Virus record (IMG/VR): IMGVR_UViG_3300032132_000001
Span: 42,573-106,572 of that record
Strand: one strand, 5' to 3'
Length of the DNA: 64,000 bases
Origin: a virus
Shown: piece by piece, positions 47,701-57,242 of the stretch
How the letters are laid out: each line of letters starts with the position of its first letter
Position numbering within the stretch: the first letter of the stretch is position 1
Notes under the pieces: generated by a model
Told to the model about the DNA's origin: nothing
Database searches by the model: none
The model's input: the letters and a program-made list of their open reading frames with translations, nothing else
Made by a program: the position numbers and the translations under genes

Positions 47701-47768
47701 AGCTCTCCAGCGCGACAATATATTCCTCACGCGGGGCCCTTCCATATCTTCCTTCGTATTTCAGCCAC

Positions 47769-48062
47769 ATGGAAGCTCGCGGCACACGGTGGATGGTAGA
47801 AGAGGAAAGAGAGGTATTAAGGACCGTACCTTGGAACGAAGACTTGTGCAGCCCAGACTTCAACCCAGCTGGGCTACTGATAAGCATGCATAGGGAGGGA
47901 CATAGGTCTGAATACTTCTTCATAGACCCAGAAACCACAGTCTGGCGGTTAGGAGTATATTACGACGACCCAGGCCAACGTGCATGGCACTGGAAGAAAC
48001 TCTACGTAGTAAACGCACGCTGGCAGAAAAGAATCCGCCAAGACGTCGCAGAGATACTATGA
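47769..48062 (+). CDS. DP-motif small protein family member (LCSPDFNPAGLLISM)
   Basis: ATG 47769 inside track ORF 47541..48062. Confidence 0.5.
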   Translation: MEARGTRWMVEEEREVLRTVPWNEDLCSPDFNPAGLLISMHREGHRSEYFFIDPETTVWRLGVYYDDPGQRAWHWKKLYVVNARWQKRIRQDVAEIL

Positions 48063-48340
48063 GTGTCTACGTCATCAGCAAGCTGGACCCCAACAACCAG
48101 ATGAAAGGGTATACTTCTAGTACGGAAGTCTTAGCAGACCCCGACTTCTCCCCTCAACATTTCGTCGTCTATAATGATGAGGTTGGAAATTACTTCTGGA
48201 TAAACATCAAGTCGCAGAAGATCTGGAAGGCCGATATTTGTTACCTTGCAGATGTGGGATCTGCGTGGAAAAGGTCGACAAAGATTACAGACCCCGAAAA
48301 GAAGAAACAGCTCCTCTCTATCTTCTCTAGAGCGCTATAA
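48059..48340 (+). CDS. DP-motif family member (LADPDFSPQHFVVYND)
   Basis: ATGA overlap with previous gene. Confidence 0.5.
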   Translation: MSVYVISKLDPNNQMKGYTSSTEVLADPDFSPQHFVVYNDEVGNYFWINIKSQKIWKADICYLADVGSAWKRSTKITDPEKKKQLLSIFSRAL

Positions 48341-48351
48341 GTACGTATAAT

Positions 48352-48783
48352 ATGAAGAGAATGATCAAGAAGTTACTGGATTACCTCTCCTCCCTCCTAA
48401 CCCCACCCCCACCAGAACCCGTGGAAGCTCCACAGGAGAAGCCGGGTCCCATCGACTATGTGGTAGAGAACATGGACGAGGACTACGTTGGGGACGACTA
48501 CCTACGACGTCGCGCGGACGCGGCGCTCGCAGCTGCGCTAGACAGACCCATAGTCCGTAGGTCCCCCTACACCCTCCCAAAGTCAGGGCACGGTGCGGCA
48601 ATCCAACAACACCGATGGGATTGGGTCAAGATTGAAGTTGAGTCCAAGACCAACTATTTGATCTTAGAAGGGAAGAAGGATGGGAAGATGGGGTGCCAGA
48701 AGCAACCTCACGTCTCCCATATCCCCGAGCGGCACAAAAAGAAAGGCAGGGAACTAAGGTACGTGCCTGAGAAGAACGAATGA
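48352..48783 (+). CDS. hypothetical protein
   Basis: track ORF. Confidence 0.45.
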   Translation: MKRMIKKLLDYLSSLLTPPPPEPVEAPQEKPGPIDYVVENMDEDYVGDDYLRRRADAALAAALDRPIVRRSPYTLPKSGHGAAIQQHRWDWVKIEVESKTNYLILEGKKDGKMGCQKQPHVSHIPERHKKKGRELRYVPEKNE

Positions 48784-49085
48784 AAATCCTAACAGTCTGT
48801 GAAGGTGGTACAGTCAGAAGCGTGGCGCTGGCTAGAGTGGCGAAGCAGAGGGGACACGACGCAGTACCCCTCTCCTCTATGTGGAATAAGCCAGAGACCT
48901 TCGCAATGCTATCAGAGTGGGCAGAGAAGATACTCTATATCCTCCCCCACCAGCTGGAACTAATACCAGAAGAGCATAGAGAGAAGGCACACTTCGTAGA
49001 GGGAATGGAGAAGGATCCGTGGTGTAACCCACTGAATAAGCAGCTGTTAGAGTTGGTGAAGATGAGATTGGACGAGCTGTTATAA
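48780..49085 (+). CDS. small protein with LMW-phosphatase/ArsC-like P-loop (VCEGGTVRS = CX5R-S) and later DP
   Basis: track ORF; 101 aa, shorter than canonical LMW-PTP. Confidence 0.4.
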   Translation: MKILTVCEGGTVRSVALARVAKQRGHDAVPLSSMWNKPETFAMLSEWAEKILYILPHQLELIPEEHREKAHFVEGMEKDPWCNPLNKQLLELVKMRLDELL

Positions 49086-49100
49086 TCTCAAACCTACCCT

Positions 49101-49400
49101 ATGAACCCAGATGAGATAGCCAAGATCCTCACAGAAGACCCAGACGTCCTGAATGAGATCTCATTCCCAGGTGAGGAACATGATGAATACCAAAGAGGGA
49201 AAGAAGTAGCAGCGGATATGGTACGTCATCTAAAACAGTTGCATATCGACGAGCCTGTCGAATCCACTGTTGAAGAAGATCTTCAAGATAATCTACATAG
49301 AGCAGAAGAAGCAGCCCGTACAGCAGAATTTGAAGAAAAAGAGATGTATTACCGAGGCATAGCGGATTTCATAAAGAACTACTTAGGTCGCACAGAATAA
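49101..49400 (+). CDS. PDEIAKILTEDPDVL-leader family member 1
   Basis: N-terminus MNPDEIAKILTEDPDVLNE. Confidence 0.45.
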   Translation: MNPDEIAKILTEDPDVLNEISFPGEEHDEYQRGKEVAADMVRHLKQLHIDEPVESTVEEDLQDNLHRAEEAARTAEFEEKEMYYRGIADFIKNYLGRTE

Positions 49401-49451
49401 TACCCCTCTTCCCCTTAGCGGGTCCCTTCTCCACCTCCCCTGGGTCCCATC

Positions 49452-49754
49452 GTGCGGTATCTAAACCGCATGAGAAAAACCGCGCTCCTCATCCTGGCAC
49501 TCATCCTAACCGGGTGCATGTCGCCAGTGAAAGCAGAGAGAAACGGGTATATTCATCCAATGGCAGGGTTAGAGCTAAAAGCGCCCTATAGGTTCTCAGA
49601 GATTACACTGCACAATATCGGTCAGGCGGCTGAGCATCATGATATTGGGTGGTTCGTCTGGTGGACCTATGTGGACCTACCCCTAACCTTCGTACAAGAG
49701 ACCGCGCTACTCCCATTCTGGCTCCTGGGTAGGGCGTTTAGGATCATCCCGTAA
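49452..49754 (+). CDS. YceK-like lipoprotein (signal peptide plus LTGC lipobox)
   Basis: paralog of 59984..60244. Confidence 0.5.
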   Translation: MRYLNRMRKTALLILALILTGCMSPVKAERNGYIHPMAGLELKAPYRFSEITLHNIGQAAEHHDIGWFVWWTYVDLPLTFVQETALLPFWLLGRAFRIIP

Positions 49755-50086
49755 TGAAGATACTAAGCTACGACGGCCTGGCGCCACCAGAGAAAGTGAG
49801 ACTCAGGATGGTCTCTATAAAGGGTCAGAACTACGAAGTCCACGAAAACCAAGAAATATGCGACCCAGAATATTCCCCAGACGGCATCGTAATGACAGTA
49901 GAGGATGGTTCTTGGCTTAGTGCTGGGGATGTAGTGTTCTGTTCCTCCTTCATTTGGGAGAGGGAGAGCGGGAAACTCTACAAAGCTAAGATTGTAACTG
50001 GTGGCCATAAGGGTAGTCTGGGGGAAGAACTAACCTGCCCAGAAACTATAGAAGAAGCCAAAGCAATAATAGCTAGAGATTTGTAG
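49754..50086 (+). CDS. DP-motif family member (ICDPEYSPDGIVMTVED)
   Basis: track ORF. Confidence 0.5.
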   Translation: MKILSYDGLAPPEKVRLRMVSIKGQNYEVHENQEICDPEYSPDGIVMTVEDGSWLSAGDVVFCSSFIWERESGKLYKAKIVTGGHKGSLGEELTCPETIEEAKAIIARDL

Positions 50087-50463
50087 TGTACGAAGACTAC
50101 CACCTAATCAATACGCTCAGGAAGCACTGCGGCCATTTACCCCACGATACCTTCCCACGACATGGGAAGTGGATCCTCATCACCGTAGGTAAGTGGAAGA
50201 ATAATGGAGAGTGGGGGAGTGGGAGGAGCGCGGCGGGGCACCCTAGGTTCGAGGAATACGCGCTAGACGCCCTAGAAGTGATAGATCCCAACTTCGATCC
50301 AGACATAATACTAGTACAGATAAATCATGGGGATCAGCCCGCTCACCAGATGAGTAACTTCGTGGTGGACGCTAGGACGATGGAAGTACGGCGTTACCCA
50401 GATGACCTAGTAGACACCGAAACTGCGCAAATAATAAAAGAGCTGTTGGCTAAGCATCTGTAG
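50086..50463 (+). CDS. DP-motif family member (VIDPNFDPDIILVQIN)
   Basis: track ORF. Confidence 0.5.
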   Translation: MYEDYHLINTLRKHCGHLPHDTFPRHGKWILITVGKWKNNGEWGSGRSAAGHPRFEEYALDALEVIDPNFDPDIILVQINHGDQPAHQMSNFVVDARTMEVRRYPDDLVDTETAQIIKELLAKHL

Positions 50464-50487
50464 GGTCCCATCGAGTATGTAACCTAC

Positions 50488-50835
50488 ATGCTCGGAAAAC
50501 AAATCCTACGTGACTTAGCCAACATCAACGGACGCTCCCAGGGTTACGGTGGGTGTCAGAAATGTGAAGACTGCTGGAGTTGGAAGGCAGGTTTCCACAT
50601 AACCTACTGGGAGTGCCCTAACGGGTCAGGTAATGCTAAAGGTGCCTTCCCGGTATGTGAAGAATGCGTTAAGGACATGTCGAACTACGAGCTTCTCAAG
50701 CAGCTACTGGTACACTTCATCAAGGGCAACGCTAGCTTGATCGAGTCGGGGTTAGACCCCAGACCAGTAGAAGAGATCTCAGAGAACCTTACGTTCGCTA
50801 AGCATTGGTTAGATAGGGCGAGACCCGGCAGATGA
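50488..50835 (+). CDS. Cys-rich hypothetical protein
   Basis: track ORF. Confidence 0.45.
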   Translation: MLGKQILRDLANINGRSQGYGGCQKCEDCWSWKAGFHITYWECPNGSGNAKGAFPVCEECVKDMSNYELLKQLLVHFIKGNASLIESGLDPRPVEEISENLTFAKHWLDRARPGR

Positions 50836-51044
50836 ACAAGCGACCATTCTTCATAATCCCCATCCTCCTCTTAGTTCTCTTCCTCCCTCCTTTATTCTTC
50901 CTAGCCGAAATCGGCCATGAGGCACAGACTGCTCCTAGGTGCCCAGAGTGCATGGAGAGAGTAGAGAAGTATGCTAGGAAGTGTCCAGCTTGCTTGTCTA
51001 CCTTCACTAAGCCCACGTCTAGAGAGGAAAGGGAAGGTGGGTAA
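50832..51044 (+). CDS. small membrane protein with C-terminal CPEC...CPAC zinc ribbon
   Basis: track ORF. Confidence 0.45.
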   Translation: MNKRPFFIIPILLLVLFLPPLFFLAEIGHEAQTAPRCPECMERVEKYARKCPACLSTFTKPTSREEREGG

Positions 51045-51465
51045 GTTAGACTTCCTACATTGGGTAGAGAGTAGGGAGCATTGGGTACACCTAGAGAACC
51101 ATCTCCGACGCCAACTGCGGCATAGAGAGGGCCCTAGGAGACATCTTTATGGTGCGGAATATACTCGATATCTTGACGAGATTGACCAGAACTATAAAGA
51201 GCACATCGCCCGACCTGACTTCAAGCCCGACGCTATTATGTTGTCGGAGAAAGTGAGGCTTGAGGGTAGGCTCTACACCACAGACAAGTATTGGGTGTGG
51301 TGCCAGAAGATCGATAGAGTGTTCGACGGGTGGATCTACGGGGACAACGGCGACCACGACATTGTCCGCAAATACCCGGCGCCGTATGAGAAAGGCGTCT
51401 TCGTAGATTGGACATGGGCCGAGGATGAGGAACACTACAAGAACCTCATTTCCTCCCTGCTATAG
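51037..51465 (+). CDS. DP-motif family member (IARPDFKPDAIMLSEKV)
   Basis: GTG 51037 in frame of track ORF 50971..51465. Confidence 0.4.
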   Translation: MGKLDFLHWVESREHWVHLENHLRRQLRHREGPRRHLYGAEYTRYLDEIDQNYKEHIARPDFKPDAIMLSEKVRLEGRLYTTDKYWVWCQKIDRVFDGWIYGDNGDHDIVRKYPAPYEKGVFVDWTWAEDEEHYKNLISSLL

Positions 51466-51477
51466 CAAACGTATAGT

Positions 51478-51732
51478 ATGGATCCAGATAAAATAGCAGA
51501 ATTGATCAGTGATGATCCCGACGTTTTGCAAGAAAGCGATGATATTGCTCGATTGGAAGGCGATCTAGATTATGAGATTAGGCGATTAGCCTGGATGAAA
51601 AAGCAGTTGAAGGAATTTTTGGTATCGGGTGAAACTACATCTCTACTAAAATTCCCCGGCGCAGAAAAAGCCAAGAAAGCTATTGCGCTAACACAAAAGA
51701 AAATTGCCGATCTAAAGAGCCGGCTACTCTAG
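51478..51732 (+). CDS. PDEIAKILTEDPDVL-leader family member 2 (MDPDKIAELISDDPDVLQE)
   Basis: track ORF. Confidence 0.45.
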   Translation: MDPDKIAELISDDPDVLQESDDIARLEGDLDYEIRRLAWMKKQLKEFLVSGETTSLLKFPGAEKAKKAIALTQKKIADLKSRLL

Positions 51733-51994
51733 CAACAGAATATACCCGTCAAACTCACAAGCCAGCGGGGGCTTCCTAATGAACACCGCCCTCTCCCCGA
51801 CACTCACCCTCATTTCTGCCAAGTTGTAAGACTTGTGCCCGATAGAAGAGGCGGGATCTAGCGGCGGTACTTTTTGCCAGACCTGGACGATGCAGTTGTA
51901 GGCATCAATCCCTAGTTTGTAGCAGGGAATAATGATAACTCCCCCACCCTTGATCCAGTCTTCTTTGGTGATGTGAATTTTCGTCATACTATAT

Positions 51995-52339
51995 CTACAG
52001 ACCGGTCTGCTCTCTCGCCTTCAGTATTAGGTCGAGGAGATCCTCGTTCCGTTCATCATTGAATGTGTCTACTACTCCAATCCAGTAACCAGTCCAAAAC
52101 TTCTTCTTTGATTTATCGAGTATTTTCACTAGCCAACTTAGGATATCGTCTTCAGTGGCTTCGCCTTGCTCCAGCCACTTTAGAGCCTTCCTACCACCAT
52201 CCTTGCCTTTATCCTGACCTCGGCTTAGTTCGTCATGTATGGCATCATCCTCTAACGGCGACCCACCGCTTTTTCTTATCTCGCATAGTATATCTGGATG
52301 TTCTGTGATCAGTGAGGCAACTAGGTCTGGGATGTCCAT
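51995..52339 (-). CDS. PDEIAKILTEDPDVL-leader family member on minus strand (MDIPDLVASLITEHPDILCE)
   Basis: track ORF. Confidence 0.45.
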   Translation of the reverse strand: MDIPDLVASLITEHPDILCEIRKSGGSPLEDDAIHDELSRGQDKGKDGGRKALKWLEQGEATEDDILSWLVKILDKSKKKFWTGYWIGVVDTFNDERNEDLLDLILKAREQTGL

Positions 52340-52400
52340 ACTCTATGTTTGGCACAGTCACACTTTCCCGATACGTCCTCGCCCCCGGTATCTGAGAAAC

Positions 52401-52823
52401 ATGAAAGATGAACACGCAGTCGTCAAGGCCCATGCCTTTCTCGAATCGTTTGGGATTACCATAGGGTATAAGTTCAACGATCCCGATGATGGGGCAAGTG
52501 TTTTGAGCGGGATCGGGGTTACCGGTAAACTCATCTGCCACCCGGTAGGTGAACCAGATATGCAATCCTCCTGGGTTATGTCCCCGGAAGCATTTGCCGG
52601 GAGATATTTCAAGAGCAGCCTAGGAACAGAAGAATTCCAGAATGCCCTCCTCTTGATCTCGTCCACTTATCCCCTGGATACTCTTACCAGACGTATGGGT
52701 CTGTTGACCGGGGAGGAGAGGGGGAGAATTATATTTCTCGAAAAACAGATATTCGAAAACCTAGAGGCGATTGATGGAATCATCTCCTCTAGAGCGGAGG
52801 CCGAAAACGACCCATGGCCATAG
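52401..52823 (+). CDS. hypothetical protein
   Basis: ATG 52401 in track ORF 52239..52823. Confidence 0.4.
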   Translation: MKDEHAVVKAHAFLESFGITIGYKFNDPDDGASVLSGIGVTGKLICHPVGEPDMQSSWVMSPEAFAGRYFKSSLGTEEFQNALLLISSTYPLDTLTRRMGLLTGEERGRIIFLEKQIFENLEAIDGIISSRAEAENDPWP

Positions 52824-53170
52824 CCCAAAGAGACCATCTTTGCATGGGAGAAAGAGTGTCACAATTACTTCTATGGGGATGGCGGATGGGCAGTAGAGAT
52901 GTTATGACCATAGAGGAAGGTCGTATCAACCAATCAGACCCCAGTTTCAACCCAGATGGTATAGTGCTATACGAGAGCGGTGGCGACAATGCCACCTATG
53001 GATTCATGAACTACTATTTCCTTTGCAAAAAGACCGATGACGTATATGCATTGGAAAAATGGGGTAGCAATTTGGAAGAGGGCGAATATTATTACCACAT
53101 GTTAGACAAATCTCGTCTACCCGACGAGCGCGTGGAAGAAGTCAGAGAAATCATATCAGCATTGCTATGA
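52814..53170 (+). CDS. DP-motif family member (QSDPSFNPDGIVLYESG)
   Basis: track ORF. Confidence 0.5.
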   Translation: MAIAQRDHLCMGERVSQLLLWGWRMGSRDVMTIEEGRINQSDPSFNPDGIVLYESGGDNATYGFMNYYFLCKKTDDVYALEKWGSNLEEGEYYYHMLDKSRLPDERVEEVREIISALL

Positions 53171-53502
53171 GTGGAAAATTCCAGTGGGGTTTCTTGTACA
53201 AGATAGAAGAGGGCGATTACGATCTTGTCGGGGTCCCATTCACAGCACAAGAGCATCACGACCCCTCTTTCAACCCCACCGGTATCATAGTTACTATGAT
53301 AGTGCACGAACGCAGAGACTTAGGAGCCGTGGGAAGAGAGCCTAAGCGTTTCTACGTGCACACGGACAGCCAGAGAGTATTGGAAGCACACATGTATGGT
53401 GGTAAGATCGGCGGAAACGAATACCACTACAAGCTCACCGGTCTAGAACTATTAGATGAGGACCGCCAGGGTATCTTAGACATTATTCAGGATCTCTTGT
53501 AA
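53167..53502 (+). CDS. DP-motif family member (HHDPSFNPTGIIVTMIV)
   Basis: track ORF. Confidence 0.5.
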   Translation: MSGKFQWGFLYKIEEGDYDLVGVPFTAQEHHDPSFNPTGIIVTMIVHERRDLGAVGREPKRFYVHTDSQRVLEAHMYGGKIGGNEYHYKLTGLELLDEDRQGILDIIQDLL

Positions 53503-53810
53503 TGCCAGTACTAATGTGGGCTAAGCGGGGAAACCGGGGCGACTACATCAACACAATAGAGATGGACGACCCCGATTGTTTCGATCCGGACTTCAAGCCC
53601 GATGGTATAGTAGTAGAGAAGTGCATCAAGCTTCCTAACAGCAATCAAGTGATCACTACCTATTTCTTCGTGGACGCGGAAACGGAAGAGATGTGGAGAA
53701 CTAAGAAGTTCAAGACCTGCAAAGGGTCTACTTGTTTCCACATCCTCCATCAAGAAGAGGACAGGTATCTGAAGATGGTCGCAATGCGTAAGATCAGGAG
53801 GAATCTATGA
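53502..53810 (+). CDS. DP-motif family member (DPDCFDPDFKPDGIVVEK)
   Basis: track ORF. Confidence 0.5.
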   Translation: MPVLMWAKRGNRGDYINTIEMDDPDCFDPDFKPDGIVVEKCIKLPNSNQVITTYFFVDAETEEMWRTKKFKTCKGSTCFHILHQEEDRYLKMVAMRKIRRNL

Positions 53811-54166
53811 TGGCCGAGTACGTCAGTCCTGGTGTTTTCACCCAGGAGATAGACTTCTCTGTTCAACCTAGTGCTGATGATATTATCTTCTGGGCTAGTA
53901 AAGTTTCCGATGGGGTGGTCATCTGCAACAATCCTGGAGACCCAGACTATGAGCCAGATTATATCCTATTTCAGTTAGGGTTTACTAATTTCATAGGTCT
54001 CAGGAAAGATGTTCTCTATAATGGTACTCAGCAAGCTCATTGGACTTTAGATATAGCAACAGGGAAATTATACAATAACTGGACCTTCCACAGAGGGGAA
54101 TGGGTAGAAGAAACTGACCCATATCGGATTGAGTTCATCATGAAAGCTATCGCAGAAGCCATATGA
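53807..54166 (+). CDS. DP-motif family member (PGDPDYEPDYILFQLG)
   Basis: track ORF. Confidence 0.5.
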   Translation: MMAEYVSPGVFTQEIDFSVQPSADDIIFWASKVSDGVVICNNPGDPDYEPDYILFQLGFTNFIGLRKDVLYNGTQQAHWTLDIATGKLYNNWTFHRGEWVEETDPYRIEFIMKAIAEAI

Positions 54167-54561
54167 ATAATCTACCAATCCAAATAGATCTCATCACTGC
54201 CGTCAAGGTGTACTTTCAGGATATGGGGTATACTTGTCGGGATCTTACTGATGGTGAAGCCGGCTGGCCTGAACCTAAATCGTTTACTATAGAAGCATGG
54301 AGAAGCGATTTGGATGTCCTGTTTTGGGATTATAGAGAGCGAAGAGGGTTAATAACCGCAGCTCAAGACCCGTCTGGATTCAGTAAAGGGTCTCCCCATC
54401 TCAAGATAGCGATGAAAGCTTGGCTCATTGTCCAAGTACGTAAACAAGAAGCATACGTAATGAAGAATAGATATGGACCACCCCATGGGGTGTACCAATG
54501 TGCTGATCCGGAATTCTTCGATCAGCTGAACGAATTAGTTGTTAGCACTATGGACCGGTAA
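54163..54561 (+). CDS. hypothetical protein
   Basis: track ORF. Confidence 0.45.
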   Translation: MNNLPIQIDLITAVKVYFQDMGYTCRDLTDGEAGWPEPKSFTIEAWRSDLDVLFWDYRERRGLITAAQDPSGFSKGSPHLKIAMKAWLIVQVRKQEAYVMKNRYGPPHGVYQCADPEFFDQLNELVVSTMDR

Positions 54562-54562
54562 A

Positions 54563-55216
54563 ATGAACAAACACGACGGGCAGATCTGGTTTACTTCAGA
54601 TCCGCATTTCAATCACGGAAATATCATCAAGTACTCTATGCGCACCCCCTTCATGAACAAGGCGGAGCTAGAGGTGATGACTACTGGTACCAAAGAGGAG
54701 CAGAAAAAGCTCCGTATCAGCAGAGAGTCAATCAATCTGATGAACACTACCATGATCGACAACATCAACTCTGTCGTCGATGCTGGTGACCACCTAGTAT
54801 GTCTAGGTGACTGGGTAATGGGTAAGAATGTTGCGCAGACCGCTAAAGAGTTCCGCGACAGGATCCACTGTAAGCGGATCGATCTTATCTGGGGCAACCA
54901 TGATAAGCATGTAATCGGCAACAACTTCGATCGGACTTCCCATCTCCACCGCTATAAGTGGGAGTGGAATGGTGAGGTGATCCGCCTAGTGGCTTGCCAC
55001 TATGCTATGCGGATATGGGATGGGTCCCATCGTGGTGTACTACACCTATATGGCCATTCTCACGGTGCACTGAAGGAAGATCTCCACGCGCGCTCGTTCG
55101 ATTGTGGTGTAGACAGCTGGGGCTACATGCCGATCAACACGGATACTATCCTCAAAAAGATGGCGACTAAGACGTTCAAGCCCATTGACCATCATGGGAA
55201 GCGCGACCAAAAATAG
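54563..55216 (+). CDS. metallophosphoesterase (second calcineurin-like phosphoesterase in window)
   Basis: DPHFNHGN...GDHLVCLGDW...GNHD...GHSHG. Confidence 0.65.
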   Translation: MNKHDGQIWFTSDPHFNHGNIIKYSMRTPFMNKAELEVMTTGTKEEQKKLRISRESINLMNTTMIDNINSVVDAGDHLVCLGDWVMGKNVAQTAKEFRDRIHCKRIDLIWGNHDKHVIGNNFDRTSHLHRYKWEWNGEVIRLVACHYAMRIWDGSHRGVLHLYGHSHGALKEDLHARSFDCGVDSWGYMPINTDTILKKMATKTFKPIDHHGKRDQK

Positions 55217-55219
55217 TGT

Positions 55220-56080
55220 ATGACACCTGAAGAACTGGCGAAGCTCCTCACCGACGACCCTGACGTCCTCGCTGAGGCTGGAAAGAAAGGCAGATCAGCT
55301 CACCGCCGCGCTAGAAGGAAGAAGGAACGTCGGCGCGCGAAGAGACAAGAGCGTGAGATGCAATACCAAGTTGATCGCCCTCGTAGCGGTAGGAAAGTAC
55401 CCCGCTCCCCAGCTAAAAAGGAGCTAAGGGGTATTGAGCGCTCTGCTCGCCGTGAATTACGCCGCGCTGACGAGCCCGCAGCTGACACTGAAAACATTGA
55501 AGCTACTAAGTTCGCTGAACTTACTCGTGACTTCAAGATTATGAGTGCCAGCGAGCTAAATCAAGAGCATAGTCACATCCAGGGATTCATAGACGACCTT
55601 ACAAGCGACATGGAAACTGGCGATGTAAGTCAAGCGATAGGTGCTGCGGAACTAAGGGCGGCATATAAGGCCGCAAGACTTGCTACTCAACTTCGGGACA
55701 GGAAAACGCCAGAATACGAAGCAGAACTTAACAAGCAACGCAGAGAGAACCCACCAGACATGGCTCCTGCTGGGTCCCAGAAATGGCGTGGAAGACCATC
55801 TATTGACCCTGAATTCCAGGATTGGGATCCGGAAGATAGGTTCAATTACGTCAACCGATATAAGACCGACCAACAAGTAAAGAAGAGGAGCGGTGAGTCT
55901 GTTCGCGGTGACGGCTACGAGCGCAGGGAACCTGTGATGGTAGATGATGAGGGGGAGTGGGTAGAAGGCGAGTACGTCGAGTACGATGATCGGTACGACA
56001 AACCACACCTAATCAAGATGACCCCGCAAGCAGAGCCGGAACCTGAGCCAGATAGTCCACTTGAGCTTGAGCCAGAATAA
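55220..56080 (+). CDS. PDEIAKILTEDPDVL-leader family member 3 with long basic-then-acidic extension
   Basis: MTPEELAKLLTDDPDVLAE. Confidence 0.45.
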   Translation: MTPEELAKLLTDDPDVLAEAGKKGRSAHRRARRKKERRRAKRQEREMQYQVDRPRSGRKVPRSPAKKELRGIERSARRELRRADEPAADTENIEATKFAELTRDFKIMSASELNQEHSHIQGFIDDLTSDMETGDVSQAIGAAELRAAYKAARLATQLRDRKTPEYEAELNKQRRENPPDMAPAGSQKWRGRPSIDPEFQDWDPEDRFNYVNRYKTDQQVKKRSGESVRGDGYERREPVMVDDEGEWVEGEYVEYDDRYDKPHLIKMTPQAEPEPEPDSPLELEPE

Positions 56081-56388
56081 TGAGAAAGAGCGTAATCGTT
56101 GCGAGACTTCTCGATGCCATCTACGGTATAGGTAATTGGGTAGATGAGCTAGAAGAGTATGGTCTAGACAGAAAGCAGATGCACTACGCCTATACTCAAC
56201 AGCAGTCTCTACGTGGGCGTCATAGTAGAGAACTACGTGCACTTCGTTCCAAACCTACCTCTGCACGTACTCGACGCAAGATCCGGATGATCGAAGACAA
56301 GCTAAAGGGCTACATAGATAAGCCTAATCCGAATCCTAAGACTCTTGAGATTGCCAAGCAGCAAATCAAGAATCTGCTCGCCTCCTAA
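56080..56388 (+). CDS. hypothetical basic protein
   Basis: track ORF. Confidence 0.4.
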   Translation: MRKSVIVARLLDAIYGIGNWVDELEEYGLDRKQMHYAYTQQQSLRGRHSRELRALRSKPTSARTRRKIRMIEDKLKGYIDKPNPNPKTLEIAKQQIKNLLAS

Positions 56389-56500
56389 GCATGAGTCATG
56401 TTCGATCCCACCCCTGGAAACTGCCAACGCTGCAAAGCGTCTGTGAAAGACACTTGGACTGAGCTGTACATATTTATATCTACCAAGGGTGGCAAGATAG

Positions 56501-56812
56501 ATGACCCCGGAAACATCTGCAAAAAGTGCGTCGGAGAAGTCCGAGAAGAAAGAGCCAACGCAGATTAGAGTTGGTTGTTACAGCGTACGATACCACATAC
56601 CACCTTCAGGGTATATGTCCCTCGATCTGGACGTGTTCACGGACGATCCAAAGGTGTGGTTGAAGGGCGCTAGGATGCTCTGCTCTTCGGAAGAGGGTTT
56701 CCAATGCTGTGGAGAGGCCACTTGTTGGGTTTGTTTAGGGCAACCTAAACTGCCAGATCACGGTTTGTTGCATGGTCGCACATTTACCATCCAAGCCAGT
56801 AAGAAAAAATAA
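56501..56812 (+). CDS. Cys-containing hypothetical protein
   Basis: track ORF. Confidence 0.4.
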   Translation: MTPETSAKSASEKSEKKEPTQIRVGCYSVRYHIPPSGYMSLDLDVFTDDPKVWLKGARMLCSSEEGFQCCGEATCWVCLGQPKLPDHGLLHGRTFTIQASKKK

Positions 56813-56816
56813 TTAT

Positions 56817-57074
56817 GTGAAATATGTAGAGCGACTCTTAAGTGAAGTGTTCGACGCCAAATCGATCGCTCGCATGCGCTCCCAAATTGATAGAAACCTA
56901 GAAACCTACGCCGAAGACGAGTATATCCAACCGCTCGTCGCCTATCTTGGCAGAGCTAGGGACGGCGATCTTTGCCTCACTGACGATGACAACAAAGTAG
57001 CAGCCCACGCTCTAGAGCTTTTATTCGCTCTGGCTGTTATAAATGCATATGATCGCGGGAACTGGAGCTTGTAA
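56817..57074 (+). CDS. hypothetical protein
   Basis: GTG 56817 after stop of previous gene; no clear RBS. Confidence 0.3.
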   Translation: MKYVERLLSEVFDAKSIARMRSQIDRNLETYAEDEYIQPLVAYLGRARDGDLCLTDDDNKVAAHALELLFALAVINAYDRGNWSL

Positions 57075-57242
57075 TAGCCCGCTAGTATTTCAAGGGCATG
57101 AAAACCCAAATCGCCTGGTTCGTTGGACTCTCACTCGCCGCATTTATACTGATGAGCTATGCCAGGAGCTTAGTATATATCGCAGGCGTGATCGCTATCC
57201 TCGGTGTAAGCCTTTGGGTGCTGGACAAAGTGGGAGGAAGCA

